Counted from the first letter of the stretch, positions 18,123 to 27,785 are shown. The stretch is 64,000 nt of DNA from Rhizobiaceae bacterium (GCA_019635695.1 JAHBYZ010000003.1:1-64000); one strand, 5' to 3'. Program-made: numbers and translations. Notes: generated from the sequence alone by a model not told the origin.

Positions 18123-20018
18123 ATGGCTGACTTTCCCGGCGTCGTTGCGCCGCTGGCGCGTGCTCTCGACAAGCGCGGATACACCGAGCTGACGCAGGTT
18201 CAGCAGGCGGTGCTCGGTCTCGAACCGGCCGGCGCCGATGCGCTCGTGTCGGCGCAGACCGGCTCCGGCAAGACCGTCGCGTTCGGCATTGCGCTGGCGC
18301 CGACGCTGCTCGGCGGCGACGAGAGCTTCGGCCCTGCCGCGCTACCGCTCGGCCTCGCCATCGCACCGACACGCGAGCTCGCCATGCAGGTCAAGCGCGA
18401 GCTGGAATGGCTCTATGCGGAGACCGGCGCACGCGTCATCTCCTGCGTCGGCGGCATGGACATGCGCTCCGAGCGCCGCCTGCTGGAGCAGGGCGCACAT
18501 GTCGTCGTCGGCACGCCGGGCCGGCTGCGCGACCACATCACGCGTCATGCGCTCGACCTGTCGGACCTTCGCGCCGTCGTGCTCGACGAAGCCGACGAGA
18601 TGCTCGACCTCGGTTTTCGCGAGGACCTCGAATTTATCCTGGGCGCCGCACCGGCAGAGCGGCGCACCTTGATGTTCTCGGCCACCGTCTCCAAACCGAT
18701 CGCGGCGCTGGCGCGCAGCTACCAGCGCGACGCGGTGCGGCTGTCGACGGCAGCCGAGCGCGAGCAGCATCTCGATATCGAATACCGCGCGCTGACGATC
18801 GCCGGCAGCGACCGTGAGAACGCCATCATCAACGTGCTGCGCTACTACGAAGCCAAGAACGCGCTGGTGTTCTGCTCGACCCGCGCGGCGGTGAACCACC
18901 TGACGGCGCGCTTCAACAATCGCGGCTTCTCGGTCGTCGCCATGTCGGGCGAGCTCAGCCAGAGCGAGCGCACCCATGCGCTGCAGGCCATGCGCGACGG
19001 GCGCGCCCGCGTGTGCATCGCCACTGACGTCGCCGCGCGCGGCATCGACCTGCCCAATCTGGAGCTGGTCATCCACGCCGACCTGCCCTCGAATCCCGAG
19101 ACGCTGCTGCACCGCAGCGGCCGCACCGGCCGGGCAGGGCGCAAGGGCGTCAGCGTGCTGGTCGTGCCCGCACCCGCGCGCCGGCGGGTCGAACGCCTGC
19201 TGGCCTCGGCAAACGTGGTCGCGACCTGGGCGCGGCCGCCCTCCGCCGAGGAGGTGATCCAGCGCGACGACGAGCGCATCCTCGCCGATCCAGCCTTCGC
19301 GACTGAACCGACCGAGGACGAGATGGCGATGGTGCGCCAGCTCATCGAAGCGCACGGCGCGGAGCGCATCGCCGCCGCCTTCGTGCGCAATGCGCGTGGC
19401 AGCCGTTCCGCGCCGGAGGAGCTGATCGAGATCGCCTCGGCGCAGTTCGCGCCCCGTCCTTCAGAGAAGCGTTCCCACGACGCTGCGGGCGGCGAGCGGC
19501 CCGAACGCCCCCGCCGCGAGGAGTTCGGCGAGAGCGTGTGGATCTCGCTGTCCATCGGCCGCAACCAGCAGGCCGAGCCGCGCTGGCTCATTCCCATGCT
19601 GTGCCGCAACGGCGGGCTGACCAAGCGCGACATCGGTCAGATCAAGCTTATGCCTGAACACAGCCTCGTGCAGCTCGAGGCCGGCGCGGGAGAGCATTTC
19701 CTGAAGACAATCGGCAAGCGCACGCTGGAGCGCGGCATCACCGTGACGCGGCTGGAAGGGACGCCGGACCTGAGCCGCGCCGGGCAGCGGTCCATGCGCG
19801 ACGACGCGCGCACGCCGGCCCAAAAGCCAGCGCGAAAACCGCATCGCGGCCAGGCCGAGGCGGGTGCCTGGCAGGCCAAGCCGAAGCGCGATTTCGGCGG
19901 ACGCGCCGCTGGCGACTTTGACACTCGGCCGCCGCGGGGCGACCATCCCGGTGCAAGGACGAAATTCGCCGGCAAGCCGAAGCCTCGTCCGGGCAGGAAG
20001 AAGCCGCCGCGCGATTGA
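18123..20018 (+). CDS. DEAD-box ATP-dependent RNA helicase with C-terminal RNA-binding domain and Arg/Lys-rich tail
   Basis: Q motif, motif I (AQTGSGKT), DEAD (VLDEADEML), SAT and HRSGRTGRAG motifs. Confidence 0.85.
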   Translation: MADFPGVVAPLARALDKRGYTELTQVQQAVLGLEPAGADALVSAQTGSGKTVAFGIALAPTLLGGDESFGPAALPLGLAIAPTRELAMQVKRELEWLYAETGARVISCVGGMDMRSERRLLEQGAHVVVGTPGRLRDHITRHALDLSDLRAVVLDEADEMLDLGFREDLEFILGAAPAERRTLMFSATVSKPIAALARSYQRDAVRLSTAAEREQHLDIEYRALTIAGSDRENAIINVLRYYEAKNALVFCSTRAAVNHLTARFNNRGFSVVAMSGELSQSERTHALQAMRDGRARVCIATDVAARGIDLPNLELVIHADLPSNPETLLHRSGRTGRAGRKGVSVLVVPAPARRRVERLLASANVVATWARPPSAEEVIQRDDERILADPAFATEPTEDEMAMVRQLIEAHGAERIAAAFVRNARGSRSAPEELIEIASAQFAPRPSEKRSHDAAGGERPERPRREEFGESVWISLSIGRNQQAEPRWLIPMLCRNGGLTKRDIGQIKLMPEHSLVQLEAGAGEHFLKTIGKRTLERGITVTRLEGTPDLSRAGQRSMRDDARTPAQKPARKPHRGQAEAGAWQAKPKRDFGGRAAGDFDTRPPRGDHPGARTKFAGKPKPRPGRKKPPRD

Positions 20019-20059
20019 GCGGACCCGGTCCGGGCGGCATGAGCGCGCTGGGAGAGAGC

Positions 20060-20449
20060 ATGGGCGGCAAGGTGGCTGCGGAGGTGGAAGCCTATATCGA
20101 ACGCGTCGAGCCGCCCGAATTCCGCCGCGCGCTGGAAGCGCTGAGGGCGCTGATCCGCCGCGAGGCGCCCGATGCCGACGAGGTCATCAGCTACGGCCAG
20201 CCGACCTTCCGGCAGGACGGCCACCTCGTCGCCTACGCCGCCTTCAAGCGGCACCTGTCGTTCTTTCCGATGAGCTCGACGCTGATCGCGGCGCACGCCG
20301 AAGCGCTTTCCGCTTTCAAGACATCTGCCGGCACGGTGCAGTTTTCGCCGGACAAGCCGATCCCCGACGCCATCGTGATCGCCATGGTGCGCGCGCGCCT
20401 GGCACAGAACGCCGGGATCGCCGCGGAGCGGAAGTCCAGGAGGCGCTAG
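20060..20449 (+). CDS. DUF1801 (YdhG-like) domain protein
   Basis: GGGAGAGAGC RBS before the ATG. DUF1801-like sequence. Confidence 0.55.
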   Translation: MGGKVAAEVEAYIERVEPPEFRRALEALRALIRREAPDADEVISYGQPTFRQDGHLVAYAAFKRHLSFFPMSSTLIAAHAEALSAFKTSAGTVQFSPDKPIPDAIVIAMVRARLAQNAGIAAERKSRRR

Positions 20450-20491
20450 GCAACGCTTGCGCCCACGACGCATGCATCTTCGGCACGTCCA

Positions 20492-20507
20492 TTGTGCAAC
20501 TGCACAA
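20492..20507. promoter_or_regulatory. perfect palindrome TTGTGCA-AC-TGCACAA in AT-rich leader of the GGDEF-EAL gene
   Basis: 16-bp inverted repeat about 110 bp upstream of the start codon, next to an AT-rich stretch (ATTATCCAGCAAAATCAAGGTATTAGTTTATTTAGAAG). Confidence 0.3.
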
Positions 20508-20614
20508 TAGGAAGGCATTATCCAGCAAAATCAAGGTATTAGTTTATTTAGAAGATCGCGATATCTGTTCCCGCGGGACTGGCTGCTCCGGCGGCTTCAT
20601 GCGGGTGGGACGCG

Positions 20615-22702
20615 ATGCTTCTTGATGTCAGCGAAGGCGCCGGCCGGCGCGCCAGCGTGAGCGATGACGACTTCCGCGTCCTGTTCGAGACGCACCCGAC
20701 GCCCATGTGGGTCTACGATCCCGAGACGCTGCGTTTCGTCACCGTCAACGAGGCCGCCATGCGGCTCTACGGCTACACGCCGGCCCAATACGCCGCCATG
20801 ACCGTTCTCGACATCCGCCCCGAGCGCGAGCGCCAGCGCATGCTCGCCGCCGTGCGCGCCCGCTCGGATCTCGGCCGGCCGGAGCGCTGGCAGCATTTGA
20901 AGGCCAATGGCGAGACCATGGAGGTACTCACCTACGGTCGCAACGTGCGTTTCGACGGCCGCGACGCCATCCTCGCCATCGTGACCGACCGCACCGAGGT
21001 CAACCGCGCCTACCGCCAGGCCAGCGACACCCGCTCGCTGCTCGACTCGATCGTCGCCAGCCTGCCCATCGGCGTGTTCGTCAAGGACATGGAGGATGGT
21101 GGCCGCTACATCCTCTACAACGCCGCCTGTGGCGAGATCGTCGGCTTCGAGCCGGCGCAGATCGTCGGACGGCTCGACCGCGAGATCTTCACCGCCGCGC
21201 AGTCCGAGGCCTTCGTGGCGCAGGACATACAGGCCATGCAGGAAGCGCGCACGTTTTCGATGGAAGAAGCCGTCGAGCGCTCCGACCGCAGCACCCGCAC
21301 CATCCACACGGTCAAGCGGGCGATCCCCACCGTGGACGGCTCCAAGCCGCGCTACCTCGTCGGCATCTCGCAGGACATCACCGAGCGCAAATCCTACGAG
21401 GAGCGCATCGCCCATATCGCCCACCACGACGCGCTGACCGGCCTGCCCAACCGCAAGGCATTTTCCGACCACATGGCCACGCTGCTCGGCGGTTCCGAGG
21501 TCGAGCCGTTCGCGCTGCTCTATATCGACATCGACCACTTCAAGCACATCAACGATTCGATGGGTCATCCGGCCGGCGACGCCCTGCTGGTCGAGGTGGC
21601 CCGCAGGCTCCGCTCACTCGTGCGGAGCTGCGATATGGTCGCGCGGCTCGGCGGCGACGAATTCGCGTTGGTCGTGATGCTCGACGGTTGCGATCCGGTG
21701 GCCGTCTCCCGCACCGTGATGGATGCTTTTGAGAGGCCTTTCGCGCTCGATGGCGCCGAGGAATATGTCGCCTGTTCCGTCGGTGTGGCGCTGGCGCCGC
21801 GTGACGGTTCCGACGTCACCGTTCTCCAGCGCAACGCCGATCTGGCGCTCTACGCCGCCAAGGCCGACGGCCGCTCGACCAGCCGGCTCTACGAGGCCGC
21901 GATGCGCCTTCACGCCGAGCGCCGCCACGACCTGACGGTGGAGATGCGGCAGGCGCTGGCGGCGGGCGATTTCGAGCTGCATTTCCAGCCGCTGATGTCG
22001 CTCTCCGACGACCGCATTTCCGCCTTCGAGGCGCTGGTGCGCTGGCGCCATCCGCAGCGCGGGCTGCTGCCGCCGGCCGATTTCATCCCGGTGGCCGAGG
22101 AGACGGGCCTGATCTCCGCGCTCGGTGAGTGGGTCATCCGTGAGGCTTGCGCCGCCGCGGCGACATGGCCGGGCGAGATCAAGGTCGCCGTCAACCTGTC
22201 GCCCTGCCAGTTCCGCGACGTCTCGCTGCTCGCTACCGTCGTCTCGGCGCTCGACCGTGCCGGCCTGCATCCGAGTCGGTTGGAGCTGGAAATCACCGAA
22301 TCGGTGCTGCTGTCGGAGAACGGCCAGAACCTGCAGTTGCTGCACGCCCTGCGCGAGCTCGGCGTGCGCATCGCCATGGACGATTTCGGCACCGGCTACT
22401 CGTCGCTGAGTTACCTGCGCGCCTTTCCCTTCGACAAGATCAAGATGGACCGTTCCTTCGTCTCCGGCATCGAGACCGATCCGGGCACGATGGCGATCGT
22501 GCGCGCCGTCACCGGCCTCGGCTCGGGCTTCAACCTCACCACCACCGCCGAGGGCGTCGAGACGCCCGAGCAGCTTGTCCGGCTGCGCCGCGAGGGTTTC
22601 GGCGAGGTGCAGGGCTACCTCTTGGCCCGTCCGATGCCACGCGCCGAGGTCGACGCCTTCTTGGCGCGGCGAGGCGGCGGGCCGCAAGCCGACGCTGCTT
22701 GA
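20615..22702 (+). CDS. PAS-PAS-GGDEF-EAL signalling protein (diguanylate cyclase/phosphodiesterase)
   Basis: Two PAS-like regions, a GGDEF domain (RLGGDEFAL) and an EAL domain (EALVRW, DDFGTGYSSLSYL). Confidence 0.85.
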   Translation: MLLDVSEGAGRRASVSDDDFRVLFETHPTPMWVYDPETLRFVTVNEAAMRLYGYTPAQYAAMTVLDIRPERERQRMLAAVRARSDLGRPERWQHLKANGETMEVLTYGRNVRFDGRDAILAIVTDRTEVNRAYRQASDTRSLLDSIVASLPIGVFVKDMEDGGRYILYNAACGEIVGFEPAQIVGRLDREIFTAAQSEAFVAQDIQAMQEARTFSMEEAVERSDRSTRTIHTVKRAIPTVDGSKPRYLVGISQDITERKSYEERIAHIAHHDALTGLPNRKAFSDHMATLLGGSEVEPFALLYIDIDHFKHINDSMGHPAGDALLVEVARRLRSLVRSCDMVARLGGDEFALVVMLDGCDPVAVSRTVMDAFERPFALDGAEEYVACSVGVALAPRDGSDVTVLQRNADLALYAAKADGRSTSRLYEAAMRLHAERRHDLTVEMRQALAAGDFELHFQPLMSLSDDRISAFEALVRWRHPQRGLLPPADFIPVAEETGLISALGEWVIREACAAAATWPGEIKVAVNLSPCQFRDVSLLATVVSALDRAGLHPSRLELEITESVLLSENGQNLQLLHALRELGVRIAMDDFGTGYSSLSYLRAFPFDKIKMDRSFVSGIETDPGTMAIVRAVTGLGSGFNLTTTAEGVETPEQLVRLRREGFGEVQGYLLARPMPRAEVDAFLARRGGGPQADAA

Positions 22703-22853
22703 GAAGCGGACGGGAATTCCATTTCGCAGTCAACCGACCGTCCGGAATCGTGTTCTAATGCTGCGCCGAAGTTGGGCGGCCGGTTCCCTGCGTCCTGGCG
22801 CGGCGATCCCTATATTGGCGGCAGCAATGAGCACTATCGCCAAGGACAATGAT

Positions 22854-23513
22854 ATGGGCCTGCGCATCAACGACACTGCCCCCGATTTCACTGCCGACAC
22901 CACGCACGGCAGGATCGGTTTCCACGAGTGGATCGGCGACGGCTGGGCAGTGCTGTTCTCGCACCCGAAGAATTTCACGCCCGTCTGCACGACCGAACTC
23001 GGCAGCGCTGCGAAATATGCGCCTGACTTCGCCAGGCGCGGCGTCAAGGTCATCGGCATCTCGGTCGACCCTGTCGAAAGCCATGACAAGTGGAAGGCCG
23101 ACATCAAGACGGCCACGGGACAGGACGTGAACTATCCGCTGATCGGCGACCGCGATCTCAAGGTCGCCAAGCTCTACGACATGCTGCCGGCCGATGCCGG
23201 CAATTCGTCGGAGGGCCGCACACCTGCTGACAACGCCACGGTCCGTTCGGTCTACGTCATCGGGCCGGACAAGAAGATCAAGCTGGCGCTGACCTACCCG
23301 ATGACCACCGGCCGCAACTTCGCCGAGATCCTGCGCGCCATCGACTCCATCCAGCTGACGGCGAAGCACAAGGTGGCCACGCCCGCTGACTGGAAGCAGG
23401 GCGAGGACGTCATCATCACCGCCGCCGTGTCCGACGAAGAGGCGACGCAGAAGTTCGGCACCTTCGAGCGTGTGCTGCCCTACCTGCGCAAGACCCGGCA
23501 GCCGTCGGCCTGA
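22854..23513 (+). CDS. peroxiredoxin (1-Cys/Prx6-like)
   Basis: Peroxidatic Cys motif FTPVCTTE. 219 aa. An alternative ATG lies 27 nt upstream. Confidence 0.8.
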   Translation: MGLRINDTAPDFTADTTHGRIGFHEWIGDGWAVLFSHPKNFTPVCTTELGSAAKYAPDFARRGVKVIGISVDPVESHDKWKADIKTATGQDVNYPLIGDRDLKVAKLYDMLPADAGNSSEGRTPADNATVRSVYVIGPDKKIKLALTYPMTTGRNFAEILRAIDSIQLTAKHKVATPADWKQGEDVIITAAVSDEEATQKFGTFERVLPYLRKTRQPSA

Positions 23514-23573
23514 GGGCAATCTTCACTAAACCGTCCGGTTGACAATCGCGGCGCAGGGCCTTAGTTCAACCGT

Positions 23574-23939
23574 ATGGTTGAACAGCAGCCTGCGGCGCTC
23601 GATCGTCTCTTCCACGCCCTTTCGGACGGCACGCGGCGCGCCATGATCGCGCGGCTGGCCGATGGCGAGCGCAGCATCGGCGATCTCGCCATGCCCTTCG
23701 CCATGAGTTTCGCCGGCGCGTCCAAGCACGTGCGCGTGCTGGAGGATGCCGGCATCGTGCGCCGCCGCCGCGCCGGGCGCGTGCACTATTGCAGCCTCGA
23801 CGCGGCCCGTCTTGCCGAGGCGCAGGCATGGCTCGCCCGCTACGAGCGTTTCTGGAACGACAGGCTCGATGCGCTGGCGGTGCTGCTGCGCGCCGAGGAC
23901 TCCGCGGCGGAGGCTACGCCAGAAGGAGCCGGACCGTGA
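23574..23939 (+). CDS. ArsR/SmtB family transcriptional regulator
   Basis: HTH pattern (LSDGTRRAMIARLADGERSIGDLA...SKHVRVLEDAGIV). Confidence 0.8.
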   Translation: MVEQQPAALDRLFHALSDGTRRAMIARLADGERSIGDLAMPFAMSFAGASKHVRVLEDAGIVRRRRAGRVHYCSLDAARLAEAQAWLARYERFWNDRLDALAVLLRAEDSAAEATPEGAGP

Positions 23940-24379
23940 CCGTCACGAAGAACCCCGAAGTCAGGATCACCAGGCGCTTCGACGCGCCTGCCGAACGCGT
24001 CTTCGACGCATGGCTTGACCCCCGCCTTGCCGTCCGCTGGCTTTTCAGGTCGCCGGACGGCGAGGAGGTGACGGCCGCGATCGACGCCCGTGTCGGCGGC
24101 CGCTTCCAGGTGGTCGCCCACCGGCCCGACGGCCCTATCACCCACGTCGGCGAATACCGCGTCATCGAGCGGCCGACAAAACTGGTCTTCACCTTCGCGG
24201 TTCCGCAGTTCAGCCCTGAACACGACCTCGTCACGATCGCGATCAGGCGCCTCGACAAGGGTTGCGAGCTGACGCTCGTCAACGAAATGTCGCCGGCTAT
24301 CTTCGCCGAATGGGGGGAAAAGACACAAGAGGGCTGGGGACAGATGCTGGACGGTCTGGCGACCGCCTTGGAGGCATAG
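23936..24379 (+). CDS. SRPBCC (AHSA1-like) domain protein
   Basis: GTG start overlapping the ArsR stop (GTGA), preceded by AGGAGCC. Aha1-like domain. Confidence 0.65.
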   Translation: MTVTKNPEVRITRRFDAPAERVFDAWLDPRLAVRWLFRSPDGEEVTAAIDARVGGRFQVVAHRPDGPITHVGEYRVIERPTKLVFTFAVPQFSPEHDLVTIAIRRLDKGCELTLVNEMSPAIFAEWGEKTQEGWGQMLDGLATALEA

Positions 24380-24952
24380 ATGCCGGCGCGCACTGGCGCC
24401 GAGCTGGGCCGCATCGTCGCGCCGCAGACCGTGCGCGTCGAGCGTTTCCTGCCTGCGCCGCCCGATCGCGTCTGGCAGTACCTGACCGAGTCCGGGTTGC
24501 GCCGTCGCTGGCTGGCGGGGGGCCTCATGGAGCCGCAGGCCGGCGGCAAGGTCGAGCATCTGTTCCGCCACGCCGAACTGTCGGCCGAGCCCAACCCGCC
24601 CCGTTATGCCGGCTTCGCCGACAGCCCGGCCATGCCCGGCAAGGTTACCGTCTGGGAGCCGCCGCAGCGGCTGGCCTACAGCTGGCCCGGCGACGGCGGC
24701 GTCAGCGAGGTGGTCTTCGAGCTGTCGCCGGATGGCGCCGGCACGCGGCTGGTGCTCACCCACGTCCGCCTCGCCGACCGCGACACAATGGTCAGCGTCG
24801 CGTCGGGCTGGGGCGCGCATCTCGGCATCCTCGACGACGTGCTTGCTGGCCGACCGCCGCGCGGCTTCTGGAGCGAGCATGCGCGGCTCGAGGCGCTGCA
24901 CGAGGCGGCTTTTGCGCCGGCCGCCGATACCGCAAGGGAGACGTCGCCATGA
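24380..24952 (+). CDS. SRPBCC (AHSA1-like) domain protein
   Basis: Aha1-like domain. Directly follows the previous gene. Confidence 0.65.
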   Translation: MPARTGAELGRIVAPQTVRVERFLPAPPDRVWQYLTESGLRRRWLAGGLMEPQAGGKVEHLFRHAELSAEPNPPRYAGFADSPAMPGKVTVWEPPQRLAYSWPGDGGVSEVVFELSPDGAGTRLVLTHVRLADRDTMVSVASGWGAHLGILDDVLAGRPPRGFWSEHARLEALHEAAFAPAADTARETSP

Positions 24953-25335
24953 TCCGCTGCACCCTCTCCTCCATCCTCGTCCACGACCAGCAGGTCGCCG
25001 AGGACTTCTACGTCGGCAAGCTCGGTTTCCGGAAGGAGAAGGACTTTCCCGCCGGCGGCGCGCGCTGGCTGACGGTGAAGGCGCCGGACGGCTCCGGCGC
25101 CGAGATCCTGCTGGAGCCCTCGGGCTTCGACTTCTCGGTCGCCTGGCAGAAGCAGCTCTACGACCGCGGCATCCCGCTCACCATGCTCGCCTGCGACGAC
25201 ATCGATGCCGAGCATGCGCGATTGGCCGGCCTCGGTGTGACCTTCCGTTCCGGCCCGACGAAAGGCGACGGGTTTTCCAATGCGATCTTCGAAGACACCT
25301 GCGGCAACCTCATCATGCTCACGCAGGCGCATTGA
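24949..25335 (+). CDS. VOC (glyoxalase/bleomycin-resistance fold) family protein
   Basis: ATGA overlap with the upstream stop. VOC-like sequence. Confidence 0.65.
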   Translation: MIRCTLSSILVHDQQVAEDFYVGKLGFRKEKDFPAGGARWLTVKAPDGSGAEILLEPSGFDFSVAWQKQLYDRGIPLTMLACDDIDAEHARLAGLGVTFRSGPTKGDGFSNAIFEDTCGNLIMLTQAH

Positions 25336-25344
25336 AGAAGCCGG

Positions 25345-25881
25345 CTAACCGGCCGCGGTCGAAACCGCCCGGCGCCAGATGACGGTCTGCTTGCCGCGAT
25401 AGTGCGCATTATCGGATTCGGCGAAGCCGAGCTTTGCCGCCAGCCGCTGCGAGGGCGCATTCTCGGGCGCTATGATGCAGGCGACGCGCCGGCCCGGCCG
25501 TTCGCGATCCGCCCATGCCAGCACCGCGCGCACGGCCTCGTCGGCCAGACCTTTTCCATGTGCGGCGGGCACCAGTCCCCACCCGCATTCGAGCGTGCCG
25601 CCGAGGCCCGGCGCCATCTCGCGCTGCATGTCCTGGAGACCCGCCTCGCCGATCAGCGCGCCGCTCGCGCGCTCCTCGATGACCCAGAAGCCGAAGCCCA
25701 GCGATGCCCACATGCCGCGATATTGCAGGATGCGCGCCCAGCTCTGCTCGCGGCTCAGCGGCACGCCGCCGATGTGGCGCACCACGCGTTCATCGGCCCA
25801 CATCGCCGCATAGGCGTCGAGGTCGGAAGGCCGGTGCTCGCGCAGTCTGAGCCGCGTCGTGTCGAGCACGGGGATATTCAA
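25345..25881 (-). CDS. GNAT family N-acetyltransferase
   Basis: GNAT motifs (GFWVIEE, LIGEAGL, HGKGLADEAVRAVLAWA). Start set at TTG (LNIPVLD) to avoid a 70-nt overlap with coaBC. The ATG at 25947 is the alternative. Confidence 0.6.
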   Translation of the reverse strand: MNIPVLDTTRLRLREHRPSDLDAYAAMWADERVVRHIGGVPLSREQSWARILQYRGMWASLGFGFWVIEERASGALIGEAGLQDMQREMAPGLGGTLECGWGLVPAAHGKGLADEAVRAVLAWADRERPGRRVACIIAPENAPSQRLAAKLGFAESDNAHYRGKQTVIWRRAVSTAAG

Positions 25882-27113
25882 GCCAGTCTGTCCGCGACGA
25901 GACGCGCCAGCCGCGCGGCGACCTCGTCCTTGCTCATCTCCGGCCAATCCTCGACGCCGCCGGCCGAGACGATGCGCACGCGGTTGCGGTCGCCGCCCAT
26001 GACGCCGCCCGCATTGATGCCGCTGTCGTGCGAGACGTCATTGGCGACGATCAGATCGGCGCCCTTCTTCTCGAGCTTCTTGCGCGCATTGGCGACAAGA
26101 TCCTGAGTCTCGGCCGCAAAGCCGATGACCAGTTCCGGCCGCTTGGCGTGGTGCCCGACGGTCGCAAGTATGTCGGGGTTTTCGACCATCCTGAGCGATG
26201 GCGGCCCCTCGCCCGCCACCTTCTTGATCTTCTGCCCGGCTTCGCCTTCCGTGCGCCAGTCCGCGACGGCGGCGACGAAGATACCGGCATCGGCCGGCAG
26301 CAGGGATTCGACGGCGGCCAGCATCTGTCGCGCCGACTCAACCCGGGTCACCGTCACGCCGGCCGGATCGGCGAGGCCGACCGGCCCCGACACCAGCTGC
26401 ACGTCGGCGCCCAGACTCGCCAGTGCCGCGGCGATGCCATGCCCCTGTTTGCCCGATGAGCGGTTTGCGATGTAGCGCACCGGGTCGATCGGCTCGTGTG
26501 TCGGGCCGGAAGTGATGACAATCCGTTTGCCGGCTAACGGAAGTGCCGAGGGCGCGAGTATCGCCTCCACAGCCGCTGCGATTTCCAGCGGTTCCGCCAT
26601 GCGTCCTTCGCCTGCCTCGCCGCTTTCGGCCATCTCGCCCTTGGCAGGGCCGACGAAGCGGATGCCATCCTTCGCAAGCCTCGTGCGGTTGCGGCGCGTG
26701 GCGGCGTGCGACCACATCTTCGGGTTCATCGCGGGCGCGACGAGCACCGGCCGGTCGGTGGCGAGCAGCACTGCCGAGGCGAGGTCGTCGGCCAGTCCGT
26801 GCGCCATCTTGGCCATCAGGTCGGCGGTCGCGGGAGCCACCACGATCAGGTCGGCCTCGCGCGCCAGCCTGATGTGGCCGACGTCCTGTTCGTCCTGGCG
26901 GTCGAACAGCTCCGTGAAGACGTGGTCGGCCGACAGCGCGCCGGCCGCCAGCGGCGTGACGAAGTGTTGCGCGGCGGAAGTCATCACCACCCGCACCTTG
27001 GCCCCGCGCTCGCGCAGCCGGCGGATCAGGTCAAGCGACTTGTAGGCGGCGATGCCGCCGCCGATGACGAGCAGGATGCGCTTGCCGCTTAGTGACTTGC
27101 CCACCAGTGACAT
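25878..27113 (-). CDS. coaBC: bifunctional phosphopantothenoylcysteine decarboxylase / phosphopantothenate-cysteine ligase
   Basis: N-terminal flavoprotein domain (GKRILLVIGGGIAAYKS) and C-terminal CoaB domain. 411 aa. Confidence 0.9.
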   Translation of the reverse strand: MSLVGKSLSGKRILLVIGGGIAAYKSLDLIRRLRERGAKVRVVMTSAAQHFVTPLAAGALSADHVFTELFDRQDEQDVGHIRLAREADLIVVAPATADLMAKMAHGLADDLASAVLLATDRPVLVAPAMNPKMWSHAATRRNRTRLAKDGIRFVGPAKGEMAESGEAGEGRMAEPLEIAAAVEAILAPSALPLAGKRIVITSGPTHEPIDPVRYIANRSSGKQGHGIAAALASLGADVQLVSGPVGLADPAGVTVTRVESARQMLAAVESLLPADAGIFVAAVADWRTEGEAGQKIKKVAGEGPPSLRMVENPDILATVGHHAKRPELVIGFAAETQDLVANARKKLEKKGADLIVANDVSHDSGINAGGVMGGDRNRVRIVSAGGVEDWPEMSKDEVAARLARLVADRLA

Positions 27114-27126
27114 TCTGGCCCCGCTC

Positions 27127-27555
27127 TCAGGCCGGCTTCAGCGCCGGAACGATGTCGGTATGGACAAAATCGTCGCCCTTGAAAAGCAGCGGCAGGCCGC
27201 GCGTCTTGGCCAGCGCATAGGCGAAGCAGTCGCCGAAGTTCAAACCTGCCGGATGGCCGGAACCACGGCCGAAGCGTTCATACCCGCTACGGGCCATCAG
27301 GAACTGCTCGACGTCGAAGGGCACAAGCTCAGGCTCTATAAGATCAAGAAGCCGGTCAAGCTCGGGAACAAGTTCCTGAAGATCCTTCCTCCGCAGCACC
27401 GAACAGGTCTCGAACAGCGTCGCAAGACTGAGGCAGGGATCCAGTTCCACATCGAGGTAGGTGCGGAAACTCTCCGCATCCACCTCATGTCGGAGCACCG
27501 ATATTATCGCCGAGGTGTCGAGGACGAAGGCGGCCAAGCGAGACCCTCTTCCCAC
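27127..27555 (-). CDS. vapC: type II toxin VapC (PIN-domain ribonuclease)
   Basis: PIN N-terminus (FVLDTSAII) with conserved acidic residues. Start is a GTG or TTG inside a longer ORF and is uncertain by about 18 nt. Confidence 0.65.
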   Translation of the reverse strand: MGRGSRLAAFVLDTSAIISVLRHEVDAESFRTYLDVELDPCLSLATLFETCSVLRRKDLQELVPELDRLLDLIEPELVPFDVEQFLMARSGYERFGRGSGHPAGLNFGDCFAYALAKTRGLPLLFKGDDFVHTDIVPALKPA

Positions 27556-27785
27556 ATTTCGTCGGACACCTTTTTCAGATCGAACGGTTCGGTCTGCTTG
27601 ATCCCGATGGCGCGCAGGTCTTCCAGTATCGATGCGCGCCTCTTGCGGGGCGCGACCGGCTCGGCCAGCACGCGAACCAAGGCATCGCGTGCAAACTGCT
27701 CCATCGAAACGCCATGCTCCGCCGCCCGCAGCCGCAGCGCGCGCTTCACGTCGTCGTCGAGGTTCCGGATCGTCAGGGCACCCAT
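27504..27785 (-). CDS. type II antitoxin (FitA/VapB-like ribbon-helix-helix)
   Basis: MGALTIRNLDDDVKRALRLRAAEHGVSMEQFARDAL is the typical RHH antitoxin N-terminus. Lies immediately upstream of and overlapping vapC. Confidence 0.6.
   Translation of the reverse strand: MGALTIRNLDDDVKRALRLRAAEHGVSMEQFARDALVRVLAEPVAPRKRRASILEDLRAIGIKQTEPFDLKKVSDEMWEEGLAWPPSSSTPRR

Noticed and set aside
16432-19946. Antisense ORFs opposite prfC and the DEAD-box helicase (16432-17967 -, 17157-18119 +, 18342-19355 -, 18845-19633 -)
   Set aside because: No motifs, biased composition, and overlap with strongly supported genes.
20597-22687. Antisense and off-frame ORFs over the PAS-GGDEF-EAL gene (20597-21568 -, 20707-21732 +, 21614-22687 -)
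   Set aside because: Spurious. The GGDEF-EAL frame has unmistakable domain motifs.
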